Shown: positions 41,937 through 51,788, counted from the first letter of the stretch. The stretch: DNA of 64,000 bases from Candidatus Thiodiazotropha sp. (GCA_040507005.1 JBEVVS010000113.1:33-64032), one strand, 5' to 3'. Translations and numbers: made by a program. Notes: generated by a model from the letters alone, not told the origin.

Positions 41937-43580
41937 CTAGCTCTCTTTTTCACCAAATAGGGGAAAACCCCTTTTCTTTATTTGCGCTTTCGCCGCCTGG
42001 GTAAGAATCAATACGGGTACTTCCAAGTCGATCTGCTTGCAGTGTCTCGACATAACCTGCATCGCTTCCTGTTGGGTATAACGGGGACGGGTATAGAAAC
42101 TGCCCGTTTCGTTGGTCAAGAACCACTTGTCCCAGTGCCGGGCTATATGCAGGTGCGGCTCTTTGGTGGAGATCCTGGTGTTCTCGATTGACAGATCCAG
42201 CCCTGTACAGAGTCGTCCCAATACTCTGGGTATCTCACTGTCATAGAGTCGTTTGACAGTGGAGAGTTTTTTAAAATAGTGAGATTCCTGGATATCGCCT
42301 CGTGTCCAGGCGATGCCATCTATATCGTGTTCTGCGGCATGGATCAGCAGGAGTTTCAGTGCCAAACCAAGCCACTCCTTGCGGAAAGGGGCAGGTGTTA
42401 CTCTGCCGGGCCAGCGGTTTTGGTAGCCGTACATGGCCCCGGTCTGGTGCCAATCGCTCTGTATCTCCTCAATGAAGAGTAAACGCCTGCCATGAATATC
42501 AGTACGCTGTTTGGTACGAAAGTGTACCAGCAGGTTGCGGGCGTAGTAGTGACTGGTGAAATGGGAAAGCGGATAATCGGGTAGGGTCAACAGCCACTCC
42601 CGGTAGTCGCTGCCGCCATACAGACTTTTATGCTCATAACGGCCATAGTGAGAGTAATCGACGGGTATGCCTAAATGTTGAAGCGCATGGCGACTGGCTG
42701 CCGAGAAGGCCTGCTCCTTGGTCTGATAGTGATGTTGATTGGTATCGTCATCACCAATGGGATTACCCATTGAGTCAAGTGCAAACCACTTTTGCAAGGC
42801 GTTGGGATTATCCCGGCTTTTCTGTTTTTTTAGATAGCCGACCTTGTAGTAGTGGACAGGGTCCACATAACGAAGTACACAACACTCACTGGGCTCGGCT
42901 ATTGTCCTGGGTGTAATTGAGTGGTTGATCAGTTTCGATGTGGGGGTTTCGGTGAACTCAAGCTCGCTGACATGATCGGTAACAAGTTCATTGGTCAGAC
43001 TCAGCCGGATCAGGGAGAAATCCAACTGGGCTAAGAGCTGCTGCCGGGTGATGGTTGTGGCATCCTTCTCCATGCTATCCAGAAATGTTAATAGTCCGGA
43101 CCAGCTGATCTCCTCCTTACGGATACCGGAGCGGGTCATATTCAACAATGTACGCCGCCACTGTTCCGGTGAAGCACGGGTCATCGAAACCTGTTCGAGC
43201 TTCCTCTGCAGACAACTGTAGAGCCGCTTTGGGTAGTCATACTCCTTCTCTGTCAATCTGAATTCATCACCGATTACACGTTTTCGTACCTGTTCGATCT
43301 CCCTGGTCTGCTGCTCCTGTCGCAGCCATGAATCGAAGTTCCCGCGGTCTTCTGCTGACCAGCCGGTCAAGGGCAGGTCTGCAAGGGTATAACCGGAAAA
43401 GAGAAAGGAGGGTTGATAGGGTATGCCTTTCAGTCGATCGGGTTTGACAACGATATCCACAAAACCATACAAATCACGATGAGATGCATCGGGCCTGACT
43501 TCACGATTGAGCCGTATAGCGTGGTAACGCGCACGTATGTTGCTTATGCCGGCCACTTTGCCACTGGGTAATGAGATCAT
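41937..43580 (-). CDS. Hypothetical protein resembling a phage large-virion/polyvalent-protein domain (EEIQSDWHQ family)
   Basis: Intact 547-aa ORF. Motifs QW...GIRKEEISWSGL, GGSDYREWLLTLP, H-F-R...D..G.RLLFIEEIQSDWHQ, APF..W..LALK, GFPLF. Family resemblance is recalled, not searched. Confidence 0.6.
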   Translation of the reverse strand: MISLPSGKVAGISNIRARYHAIRLNREVRPDASHRDLYGFVDIVVKPDRLKGIPYQPSFLFSGYTLADLPLTGWSAEDRGNFDSWLRQEQQTREIEQVRKRVIGDEFRLTEKEYDYPKRLYSCLQRKLEQVSMTRASPEQWRRTLLNMTRSGIRKEEISWSGLLTFLDSMEKDATTITRQQLLAQLDFSLIRLSLTNELVTDHVSELEFTETPTSKLINHSITPRTIAEPSECCVLRYVDPVHYYKVGYLKKQKSRDNPNALQKWFALDSMGNPIGDDDTNQHHYQTKEQAFSAASRHALQHLGIPVDYSHYGRYEHKSLYGGSDYREWLLTLPDYPLSHFTSHYYARNLLVHFRTKQRTDIHGRRLLFIEEIQSDWHQTGAMYGYQNRWPGRVTPAPFRKEWLGLALKLLLIHAAEHDIDGIAWTRGDIQESHYFKKLSTVKRLYDSEIPRVLGRLCTGLDLSIENTRISTKEPHLHIARHWDKWFLTNETGSFYTRPRYTQQEAMQVMSRHCKQIDLEVPVLILTQAAKAQIKKRGFPLFGEKES

Positions 43581-43922
43581 CGCACTTCCACTCTGTCGCT
43601 GCCCCTTGCATCACTTGCCTGATTTATAGCAGGGCAGGGTTTCGCATTTAACAGATTGGATGTAAGGAAATATCTCTGCCAGACGCCGATATGCAGGGAA
43701 TCGACAACTCTATATGGCGCTATGACAGTAAATTCCTGGTTAATCAGCGAAATTGTTATGGTATTTCCTGTTTCTCTTTGATTTTTTTTACTTCCACTTG
43801 GATATCTGGGGCCTTAAGGCTTTTATTCTGATTTGTCGCCTTGGTTCCATACAGATAAAGGGGTGGTTCCCATGGGGGCAAAAAAGTGTTATCAAAACAT
43901 CAGAAATCAAGGGAATTTAATC

Positions 43923-44282
43923 ATGAACGAGTACTATCAAGGCAGTTGCCATTGCGGGGCTGTCCACTTCTCCTTCAGTGGGGATAAGATTGAAAAAGGG
44001 TTGCGTTGTAACTGTTCAATTTGTACCCGCAAGGGTGCGATGATGACCCCACAGGCGATTCCCCAAGAGCAACTCAGTATTCAGGCTGAAGAGGGTGTAA
44101 TGGGTCTCTACCAGTTTGGCGCCAAGACAGCCAAGCACTACTTTTGTACTCGCTGCGGTATCTACACCTTTCATGAGACAGCCAGGTTTCCCGGACACTT
44201 TCGGGTCAATCTGGGCTGTATCGAAGGGATCGACCCAATCTCGATGGAATATGATCTGTTTGATGGCAAACATCTGCTCTAG
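43923..44282 (+). CDS. GFA / CENP-V family Zn-binding protein
   Basis: GSCHCGAV, CNCSIC and HYFCTRCG motifs. Confidence 0.92.
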   Translation: MNEYYQGSCHCGAVHFSFSGDKIEKGLRCNCSICTRKGAMMTPQAIPQEQLSIQAEEGVMGLYQFGAKTAKHYFCTRCGIYTFHETARFPGHFRVNLGCIEGIDPISMEYDLFDGKHLL

Positions 44283-44312
44283 CCTTGCACCCTTCAAGTC
44301 CACAGTTACAGC

Positions 44313-45047
44313 ATGCCCCGAAAACAGAAAAAAAAAGATCGCCGTTCACCGTTTTATAAGAGATTGTTAAGATGGATCTTTCTGCTGCTCATCGCATCCT
44401 TTACCCTGCTGTTTACTGTGATACTGACACTCCGTTATGTGGATCCACCAACATGGTCGTGGAAACTTCAGCGAGAGTTCAATCCTCCCCTCGACTACAG
44501 AATAGAATCACTGCATGAATGGTGGGACCTGGAATATATACCGACAACCATGCAGCTCGCGGTGGTGGCTTCAGAAGACCAGAACTTCCCCCATCACCGG
44601 GGTATAGATTTCAATGCAGTTCAACAGGTACTCAGAGATGCAGAAAGAGGTAGGGCATTACGTGGTGCCAGCACCCTGACTCAACAGACAGTCAAAAATC
44701 TTTTCCTCTGGCAAAGAAGGGATTGGAGCCGCAAGCTGTTGGAGGGAGGGCTCGCGCTTCTGCTTGAGCTGATGTGGAGCAAGGAGAGGATTCTCGAAGT
44801 CTACTTGAATATTGTTGAATTCGGCCCGGGTATCTATGGGGTTGCCGCCGCCAGCGAGTATTGGTACCAGCGACCATTGGATCGCTTGACGGTGAACCAG
44901 ATGGCCAGATTGGCAGCACTACTACCTAATCCCTGGCACTACCAGGCAGAGCCTCCGACACCCTACATTATTGAGCGGGCCGGATGGATCGAACAGCAGA
45001 TGGCACAGTTGGGTTATATCTGGTTGATACCCGTCACCGGCGACTGA
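44313..45047 (+). CDS. mtgA: Monofunctional biosynthetic peptidoglycan transglycosylase
   Basis: ASEDQNF, GASTLTQQTVKNLFL, KERILEVYLN motifs. Confidence 0.93.
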   Translation: MPRKQKKKDRRSPFYKRLLRWIFLLLIASFTLLFTVILTLRYVDPPTWSWKLQREFNPPLDYRIESLHEWWDLEYIPTTMQLAVVASEDQNFPHHRGIDFNAVQQVLRDAERGRALRGASTLTQQTVKNLFLWQRRDWSRKLLEGGLALLLELMWSKERILEVYLNIVEFGPGIYGVAAASEYWYQRPLDRLTVNQMARLAALLPNPWHYQAEPPTPYIIERAGWIEQQMAQLGYIWLIPVTGD

Positions 45048-45085
45048 GCGGTGTCGTCAATAAGCTTCCAGATGATGGATATGAA

Positions 45086-46672
45086 CTAGTTTGACGGCTG
45101 GTAGACAAACTCCACTGGCACACCTTCCAGGCGTTGCTCGAAATGGTCAAGCAGCTTGCGCGAAGTGAGTACGATTACAAAGCTTGTCTCCTTGGCGTCG
45201 CGTTTTTGCAGATCCTTGGCCAAAGCCTCTGTGGCAGATAGATCCATGTAGGAGACAACACTCAAATCGAGAAGTATGTTGTCGTAGCGATGGTGTTTCA
45301 GCAAACTGCTCAGTTGATCGATTGAAGCGTAAAACAGATGACCTTCGACTCGGATCTGTATCGACTCATCGCCTTGCTTAATGCTTATATCAAGTTTTGA
45401 AGCGGATAGTACAAACAGGATAACCGATAAAATGAATGCGATGATAAGTCCCGTTTGCAGACCAAGGAACACTATCCCGAACAGTGTTGTAACAAATACC
45501 AGCAGTTCTCCTGTCCAGGAAAACAGACGGCTGATCTCCGCAGGTTTGATCATGCCGATTCCCACCAGCATCAGTGTGCCGGCAATGACCGGCATCGGCA
45601 TATAGGTGAGTAGAGCGCCAAGTATTTCGATCAGAATAAACACCACGAATGCGGAGAGTATGCCGGCCAGCGGTGTTGCTGCACCCAACGAAAGGTTCAA
45701 CGCGGTGCGGTTAAAACTGCCTGAGCCGGCAAAGCTTGAAAAGAAGGGGGCAAGTGTATTGGCTATCGCTTGGGCAAATACCTCCTTGTCCACATTGATC
45801 GATTGGTCGGTATCACTGCGAAGGCGTTTGACGATGACCATGGATTGGGCCATACCGATAAGCGCAATGGTTATAGCGTTGGGCAGCATGGCGAATCCCA
45901 CCAGCAGATACTCGAGTTCGATTTTTGGGCTTGAGATGGGCAGGGCTTGAAAAGGAATGCGGCCCAGCAACTCTATTTCAGTATCGACCTGGGTAAAAAT
46001 GCCCATCAGCAGCAGCCCTGTAACATAGCCAACAACCATGGCAATCAAAATCGCATAGCGGGGGAACCTGGTTTTGGCAATGGTACCTGCGATGACTGTT
46101 GTTATACCGATGAAAAAGCTGTAGGGATTGATCAATGTCCGCCAATCATCAGCCATGATAAAGAGTTTCTCGAAGAAGAACAGGGTCCCCGAAGGGGGCA
46201 GTCCCAAGATGCCGTCCAGGGACGAGAGCACAAGAATGATTCCCACACCAACGGTGATCCCGGTTATCGCGGCCGGGCTTAGATATTGAAAATATTTTCC
46301 ACCCCTGACTAACCAGATAAACAGTTGAATCAGTCCAACCATGAGGCTGAGCAGGATCACATAGTCGATATAGAGCGGACTGCCACGACCTGCGTAAGGC
46401 GCCACCGCGATACCGATCAATATGGCAACCGCAGTGTTCGGCCCACCCAGCATTGAACTTGAACCAAACAGACTGGCAAACAGGGTAACGAAAATCGATG
46501 TATAGATGCCGTACTCAGGTGGCAGTCCAGCGAGATAGGCGAAGGTGATGCCCTGGGGTATAACCAATATGGCAGCCACAACAGCGGCAAATGCCTCTGT
46601 GGATAGATTCAGCTTTCCTGCTTGATTTGGCCTCCATGGAATAACCTCCGACAACAGTCGCAGATATTTCAT
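45086..46672 (-). CDS. SulP-family anion transporter with STAS domain
   Basis: IPQGITFAYLAGLPPEYGIY, GSFNRTA, C-terminal STAS (LFYAS...YMDLSA). Confidence 0.92.
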   Translation of the reverse strand: MKYLRLLSEVIPWRPNQAGKLNLSTEAFAAVVAAILVIPQGITFAYLAGLPPEYGIYTSIFVTLFASLFGSSSMLGGPNTAVAILIGIAVAPYAGRGSPLYIDYVILLSLMVGLIQLFIWLVRGGKYFQYLSPAAITGITVGVGIILVLSSLDGILGLPPSGTLFFFEKLFIMADDWRTLINPYSFFIGITTVIAGTIAKTRFPRYAILIAMVVGYVTGLLLMGIFTQVDTEIELLGRIPFQALPISSPKIELEYLLVGFAMLPNAITIALIGMAQSMVIVKRLRSDTDQSINVDKEVFAQAIANTLAPFFSSFAGSGSFNRTALNLSLGAATPLAGILSAFVVFILIEILGALLTYMPMPVIAGTLMLVGIGMIKPAEISRLFSWTGELLVFVTTLFGIVFLGLQTGLIIAFILSVILFVLSASKLDISIKQGDESIQIRVEGHLFYASIDQLSSLLKHHRYDNILLDLSVVSYMDLSATEALAKDLQKRDAKETSFVIVLTSRKLLDHFEQRLEGVPVEFVYQPSN

Positions 46673-46743
46673 ATCACGCTAACATTTGAGCTGATCTACC
46701 TTATTTCCATGGTCTAACCTTGTCTCTGTTGAATGGGATTGAT

Positions 46744-47590
46744 CTATTCCACCAGTCCGGATATAGATTCGAAGAGTTTAAGTAGTTTGCTACGCCGGGG
46801 ATCTCCCGGCCTGATCTGCATGTTGATGTATGCCGCCACATCCAGTGCTGCCTGATGGGTGAGGGTGCGCTCCTGGCCAAGAGGCATATTCGCCCAAATG
46901 AAACCTGCGGCTTTATTGATATTCGCCATGCCGGCACCTTTGTTGTAGGCATCCATACCCCACAGCGGGGGAATGCCCGGTATGCCGTGGCCATCGTTTC
47001 CATGACATTGTGCGCAATGAGTGGCATAGATCGCCTTGCCGCTGGCAGGGTTCGGATCATAGCCCGTGTCCGGCAAGGTTGGCACACCTCTGCCGGGTGG
47101 CGCTTCGCCAATCACTTCGCCATGGGAAATATAGGAGATGTAGGCTGCCACAGCCAATATCTCGGGTGAGTCCTCGGGGGGGCATGATGCCGTCGAGGCT
47201 ATAGACGAAACACTCCCGGATGCGCAACCCTATGCCATTGCGACGGCCGTTTTTACTCCGCCACTTCGGATACATACCCGCTACATTGAGGGGCATGGCG
47301 TCGGGTCTGCGTCCTGCATCGAGGTGGCAATTGCTACAACGCAGCCGATTGCCGGAATAGCGGGCGCCGTAACGTTCGGTCTCAGTGACGATGCGGTAAC
47401 CGAACACAACATTGCTGTGGTAATCGTCCAGGTAACTCCGCTTCAGCAACTCGTCTATCGGGATGGGGGTGTCAGCAGCCAGACGCTGCATAGGTAGCAA
47501 TCCCAGCAAGAGGATGAGGGGGTAGAGAAATCGGCGATATCCAGCTGCCTGACGATCCTGTTTAGGTGAAATATGGTCTTCGCTGTTCAA
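46744..47590 (-). pseudogene. tsdA: TsdA-like diheme thiosulfate dehydrogenase/tetrathionate reductase, frameshifted in a C7 run
   Basis: CSNCH and CAQCH heme motifs, RIRECF (catalytic Cys position), PPLWG..YNKGAGM, NMP. Removing one C from ATG CCC CCC C (G7 at 47176-47182 on +) gives MPPEDSPEILAVAAY and a 281-aa protein. Confidence 0.8.
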
Positions 47591-47681
47591 TGTGCCGCGA
47601 GCACTCTAAATAACCTTGGCAAGGTATGGATAAGATGTGGGAGGAATTTACCACATCTGGCGCAGCTTTTTCACCCTTATG

Positions 47682-48095
47682 TTACTGTTTACACGGCCCT
47701 AATCGTTTTCCTGTTGCCTTCGAACTCATCACAACCCCGCCCAGATCAACATTGATGATCCCTTCTGCAGTATCTCCATGATAGGTAATGCTTCCATGAC
47801 TTTTAGTGACGCCGACCGATCGTGTGCAGCTAATGTTCCATGAGACCTTATCCCCTTGCGTCTTCAGATCGATGGTTTCACAGGCCTGTCCTAATTGACT
47901 CTCTTTGGGTACAAAGTTTGCCTTGGTAATGCATGTTGTATAAGTGGTGGGAGGCAGCGGCATCGGTATGCCGGGGTTCTCCAGGACGGCGGTCCAGTGC
48001 CACAATCCCGGGTTCATGTTGATCTCCGAGGCATGCGCGCCATGCAAGAGCGGCACAATGAACGACAGCGAGGTAGCGAGTGTTCCGTATTTCAT
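47682..48095 (-). CDS. DUF3617-like secreted protein
   Basis: Signal peptide; PGLW, CIT, C..., GKRLGPC motifs. Confidence 0.8.
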   Translation of the reverse strand: MKYGTLATSLSFIVPLLHGAHASEINMNPGLWHWTAVLENPGIPMPLPPTTYTTCITKANFVPKESQLGQACETIDLKTQGDKVSWNISCTRSVGVTKSHGSITYHGDTAEGIINVDLGGVVMSSKATGKRLGPCKQ

Positions 48096-48196
48096 CTGTT
48101 ACCAGTCCAGTCCATGTCAACCGCATCCAATCTACCCTGTTTTAGAGGGCGATGACGGGATTTACCGCACAGGGTAACAAAGCTTCACAGGGATAC

Positions 48197-48213
48197 TTGG
48201 CCTGTTATTTGCT
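48197..48213 (+). promoter_or_regulatory. Sigma54 -24/-12 promoter of the motAB-like pair
   Basis: TTGGCCTGTTATTTGCT with GG and GC at consensus spacing. Confidence 0.65.
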
Positions 48214-48251
48214 GTTGTTTAGACAATGGCATATTCGACAGGAGAACGGCA

Positions 48252-49070
48252 TTGGTTACACAGCTTTGGATAGGGTTGCTATCACTCTCAGTACTGGTAT
48301 CTGTGAGTATTCAGCTGTTAGCCCCGGGTTCCGGGCTGATAGCGATAATTTCCGGTCTTTTGCTGGTGGTGGGCGGTACCCTGCTGACAGCGATCATGAG
48401 CCATTCCCTCAACTCCGTGCTGATGCTTTGGCAGTTGGTTGCCGATTTTCGCCATCCGTCCGCCAGCATGGATGACGACGATGAGGGTTTTTCACGCTTT
48501 CTGCAGGCGGCAAATTACTTCCGCCGCGGCGAAATCCGGCCGGCAGAAGCGGTAATACAGCAAATATCAGAACCACTACTGCGCAGGGGCACCCAGCTGG
48601 TGCTGGACGGATTTCCCCGTGACCAGGTAACACTGACCCTGCAGCGCCAGATTGCCGAGGACAGGGATCACTTGCGTCGTCCCGCCGAGATGCTGCGTGC
48701 CATGAGTGGCTATGCACCTGCATTCGGTATGCTTGGGACACTCCTCGGATTGGTACAGATGTTGTTTGGCCTGGGTTCCGGAAACCTGGCTTCTATCGGT
48801 GCTGCCATGGGGTTTGCCATGCTGACCACGGTGTATGGTCTGGTATTGGCGAATCTGGTGTTCAAGCCCCTTGCCAGTAAGCTGGAGCAGCGTGGCAGAC
48901 AGCTGATCACGCGCCGTGTCGCCCATCTGCAGGCAGTCATGATGTTATGCGACAGGCAACATGCCGAGTTGATCAAGGAGATGATGGATGAGGTAAATGC
49001 CAGACAGGATATGCGACAGGCGGCCCATGAGTTACAGCTTATTGCCAATCCCGACCAGCGCGCCGCATGA
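48252..49070 (+). CDS. MotA/PomA-like stator subunit (MotA/TolQ/ExbB family)
   Basis: YAPAFGMLGTLLGLVQML and AMLTTVYG...ANLVFKPLASKL motifs; TTG start after GGAGA. Confidence 0.88.
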   Translation: MVTQLWIGLLSLSVLVSVSIQLLAPGSGLIAIISGLLLVVGGTLLTAIMSHSLNSVLMLWQLVADFRHPSASMDDDDEGFSRFLQAANYFRRGEIRPAEAVIQQISEPLLRRGTQLVLDGFPRDQVTLTLQRQIAEDRDHLRRPAEMLRAMSGYAPAFGMLGTLLGLVQMLFGLGSGNLASIGAAMGFAMLTTVYGLVLANLVFKPLASKLEQRGRQLITRRVAHLQAVMMLCDRQHAELIKEMMDEVNARQDMRQAAHELQLIANPDQRAA

Positions 49071-49074
49071 TCCC

Positions 49075-49827
49075 ATGACAACCACCAACGGAAAGAGACA
49101 GATGCACCATAAGCCAGCTGCGGCAGGGGAGCTGGACGCCAGTGCATGGTATGCCTGGGAAGTCGAAGAAAATGATGGTGGTTGGCTGTTGACCTATGTG
49201 GATGTATTGAGCGTCATACTGGCCATGCTCGTTGTGCTGTTGGGGCAGATGGCAGTGCAACATCTGCAGACAACAGATGAGGATAGCCGGATGGCAGCCA
49301 CCTATGAGGCTGTTCCCAGCGACGAACCGACATTAGAAGTACAACAACCGCAACCTGTTCCAGTGGTTGATGAGCCTAGACAGGTTAACGATGCAGAAGC
49401 ACGATTGGTTGCAGCGATTGAGGATCGCTTTCAGGACGAAGTAACAGTGGTGCAAAGAGACCAGGGCATCTCCTTGGAAATCGCTGATGTGATACTTTTC
49501 GATTCGGGTAAGGCTGAACTGCTTGACGAGGCCTATCCTATTCTGGAAAAGCTCGCCATGACTTTGCAGGAAATTGGTGAGGCTGACATCGCCGTGGAAG
49601 GTCATACCGATGATCGACCGATCCTGGGTGGCAGGTTCGAATCGAATTGGGAACTGGCTGCGGCTCGTGCCAATGCAGTGACACGCTTTCTTCTGAATCA
49701 GGGTTTTGCAGCAAAACATCTACGCTCTGTGAGCTATGCGGATGCCCATCCAGTGGCTGATAATTCGGACCCTACGGGGCGTGCTGAAAACCGCCGTGTC
49801 AATCTTCGGGTAGAGTTTTTACAATAA
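49075..49827 (+). CDS. MotB/PomB-like stator subunit with OmpA-like peptidoglycan-binding domain
   Basis: WLLTYVD (conserved Asp) TM, VEGHTDD, NWELAAARA, NRRV. Confidence 0.9.
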   Translation: MTTTNGKRQMHHKPAAAGELDASAWYAWEVEENDGGWLLTYVDVLSVILAMLVVLLGQMAVQHLQTTDEDSRMAATYEAVPSDEPTLEVQQPQPVPVVDEPRQVNDAEARLVAAIEDRFQDEVTVVQRDQGISLEIADVILFDSGKAELLDEAYPILEKLAMTLQEIGEADIAVEGHTDDRPILGGRFESNWELAAARANAVTRFLLNQGFAAKHLRSVSYADAHPVADNSDPTGRAENRRVNLRVEFLQ

Positions 49828-49949
49828 CGCGATTGACCCGCGGTCTCTGATTCGTGTGAAAACAGGCAATCCTTAGTTTCCTAAAATCATTCGGCTGGTG
49901 TGACAGACTCCCCATTCTGACTGCTCATCTACTCCGTATTCTTCAATTC

Positions 49950-49963
49950 TTGATCAAAATCAA
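49950..49963. promoter_or_regulatory. FNR/Anr box
   Basis: Perfect TTGAT-CAAA-ATCAA about 75 bp upstream of the cytochrome c peroxidase-family start. Confidence 0.75.
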
Positions 49964-50038
49964 GTCCACACTATCCCTCTATGTCCGACTCTCATTCAGG
50001 CCAAGAGATTATTACGCGAACTTTGGAGTCATAGCGTC

Positions 50039-51196
50039 ATGGGATTACATAGGATTGGAATTGCTGCATTGATAGGGTGTTTGGTTGTCTCATGTGGAGG
50101 AGGTGGTGGTGATGGCAGCGATAACAGTGACAACACGAATACATCCACTACATCATTGGCTGAGTTGGGGAAGAAGCTGTTTTTCGATACCAATCTCTCC
50201 AGCGGCAGTAACCAGGCATGTAGCTCTTGTCACGATCCGTCAAATGGTTTTGCCGATCCCAGGGTCAGTGTAACCGCTCCCGTTTCGGAGGGATCGGTGG
50301 GTGGCGCCTTTGGTGATCGCAATGCGCCAACGGCTGCGTATGCCGCTTTTTCACCCGCTTTTGCTGAGGTCGCGGATCAGGATCAGACCCCGGAGACAGA
50401 CTCAAAGTACCAGGGTGGACAGTTTCTGGATGGGCGTGCCGTCGATTTGATTGAGCAGGCCAAGGGCCCCTTCCTCAACCCGGTGGAAATGAATAACGCA
50501 TCCGCAGCCGAGGTTGTGGCAAAGGTGCAAAATGCTGAGTATGCCGCGGATTTCATTGCCCTGTTCGGTGCGGACGCATTCAGTGATACAACAACCGCCT
50601 ATCACAATATAGCAACTGCGATTGCAGCATTTGAAGCAACCTCCGAGGTCAACAGCTTCAGCTCCAAGTTCGATGCCTATCTGCTGGGTAACTACACATT
50701 AAGCGCTTCGGAACAGCGAGGTTTCGATCTCTTCATGGATGCCGAGGTGACTAAATGTGCAAATTGCCATACGGTGGGGGATACACCGGAATCCTCTCTG
50801 TTTAGCAACTTCCGTTATTACAATATCGGCACGCCGGTGAATGTGAACAATCCTGCCTACCTGGCCGATAATTCGTTTGTCGACGATGGCCTTGGCGCCA
50901 GCAGTGCGATTGCAGAATCAGATAGAACAAGCGAACGGGGTAAGTTTAAGGTGCCAACCCTGCGTAATGTGGAGTTGACCGCGCCCTATATGCACAATGG
51001 CGTCTATGCAACGCTGGAGGAGACAGTGCTGCACTATGATATTCAGGTTGCAAACCTGTTCATCACTCCTGAAGTGAATGAGGATAATATCGCGGCTGAA
51101 ATGAATGCGGGTACGTTTATTGGCTTAGGTCTGTCCGATCAGGATCGAGCCGATCTGGTCAATTTCATGCTGACCTTGACCGATGGCTATTTTTAG
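50039..51196 (+). CDS. Diheme cytochrome c peroxidase/MauG-family lipoprotein
   Basis: Lipobox VVSC, CSSCH and CANCH heme motifs, RNAPT, FKVPTLRNVELTAPYMHNG. Confidence 0.9.
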   Translation: MGLHRIGIAALIGCLVVSCGGGGGDGSDNSDNTNTSTTSLAELGKKLFFDTNLSSGSNQACSSCHDPSNGFADPRVSVTAPVSEGSVGGAFGDRNAPTAAYAAFSPAFAEVADQDQTPETDSKYQGGQFLDGRAVDLIEQAKGPFLNPVEMNNASAAEVVAKVQNAEYAADFIALFGADAFSDTTTAYHNIATAIAAFEATSEVNSFSSKFDAYLLGNYTLSASEQRGFDLFMDAEVTKCANCHTVGDTPESSLFSNFRYYNIGTPVNVNNPAYLADNSFVDDGLGASSAIAESDRTSERGKFKVPTLRNVELTAPYMHNGVYATLEETVLHYDIQVANLFITPEVNEDNIAAEMNAGTFIGLGLSDQDRADLVNFMLTLTDGYF

Positions 51197-51459
51197 CGGC
51201 GTTTTCTGGTCTTTCCCCTTCTTGGCTTGTCCGGACCGACGCGTATTATGCTGCCGCTGAGGTCCTTACCGTCGAGCGCGGCGATAGCGGCCCTGGCTTC
51301 GTGACCCTCCATATCGATAGTGGCGAAACCCTTACAGTCACCACTGAAGAGATCCTTGGCCATTTTGAGGGAACGCACGACACCGAATTCTGTAAACAGC
51401 GCCGTCAGGCTCTCTTCTGTTGTCGATCTTGGAAGACCGCGAACCGATAGGGTAATCAT
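51193..51459 (-). CDS. RRM (RNP-1) RNA-binding protein
   Basis: LSVRGLP and KGFATIDM (RNP2/RNP1-like); basic tail. Confidence 0.88.
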   Translation of the reverse strand: MITLSVRGLPRSTTEESLTALFTEFGVVRSLKMAKDLFSGDCKGFATIDMEGHEARAAIAALDGKDLSGSIIRVGPDKPRRGKTRKRR

Positions 51460-51578
51460 TGACCTACTCCTGATGAAGAGTGATGAAAGATCAATCCGTG
51501 CATCCTTGTACGGATATTGCCCGTTGGTTCGCAGGAATGACAGGATGCCAAAGTGAATGGCAACGGGAGAAAAACGGC

Positions 51579-51788
51579 TTACAGGGGAACTACGTTATCA
51601 GCCTGCGGACCCTTCTTGCCCTCAACCTCGGTAAATTCCACCTTTTGACCATCTTCTAAAGAACGATGTCCTTCACCAGCGATGGCACGAAAATGGACGA
51701 ATAGATCCTTGCCGTTCTCGCGCTCGATAAAACCATAACCCTTACCACTGTCGAACCATTTTACGGTTCCTGTCTGTCTTTCTGACAT
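51579..51788 (-). CDS. Cold-shock domain protein (CspA family)
   Basis: GTVKWFD..KGYGFI and DLFVHF motifs. Confidence 0.96.
   Translation of the reverse strand: MSERQTGTVKWFDSGKGYGFIERENGKDLFVHFRAIAGEGHRSLEDGQKVEFTEVEGKKGPQADNVVPL

Noticed and set aside
48252-49827. Possible Zorya ZorAB defence system
   Set aside because: The MotA-like protein lacks the long cytoplasmic tail of ZorA and no zorC/D/E genes are adjacent.
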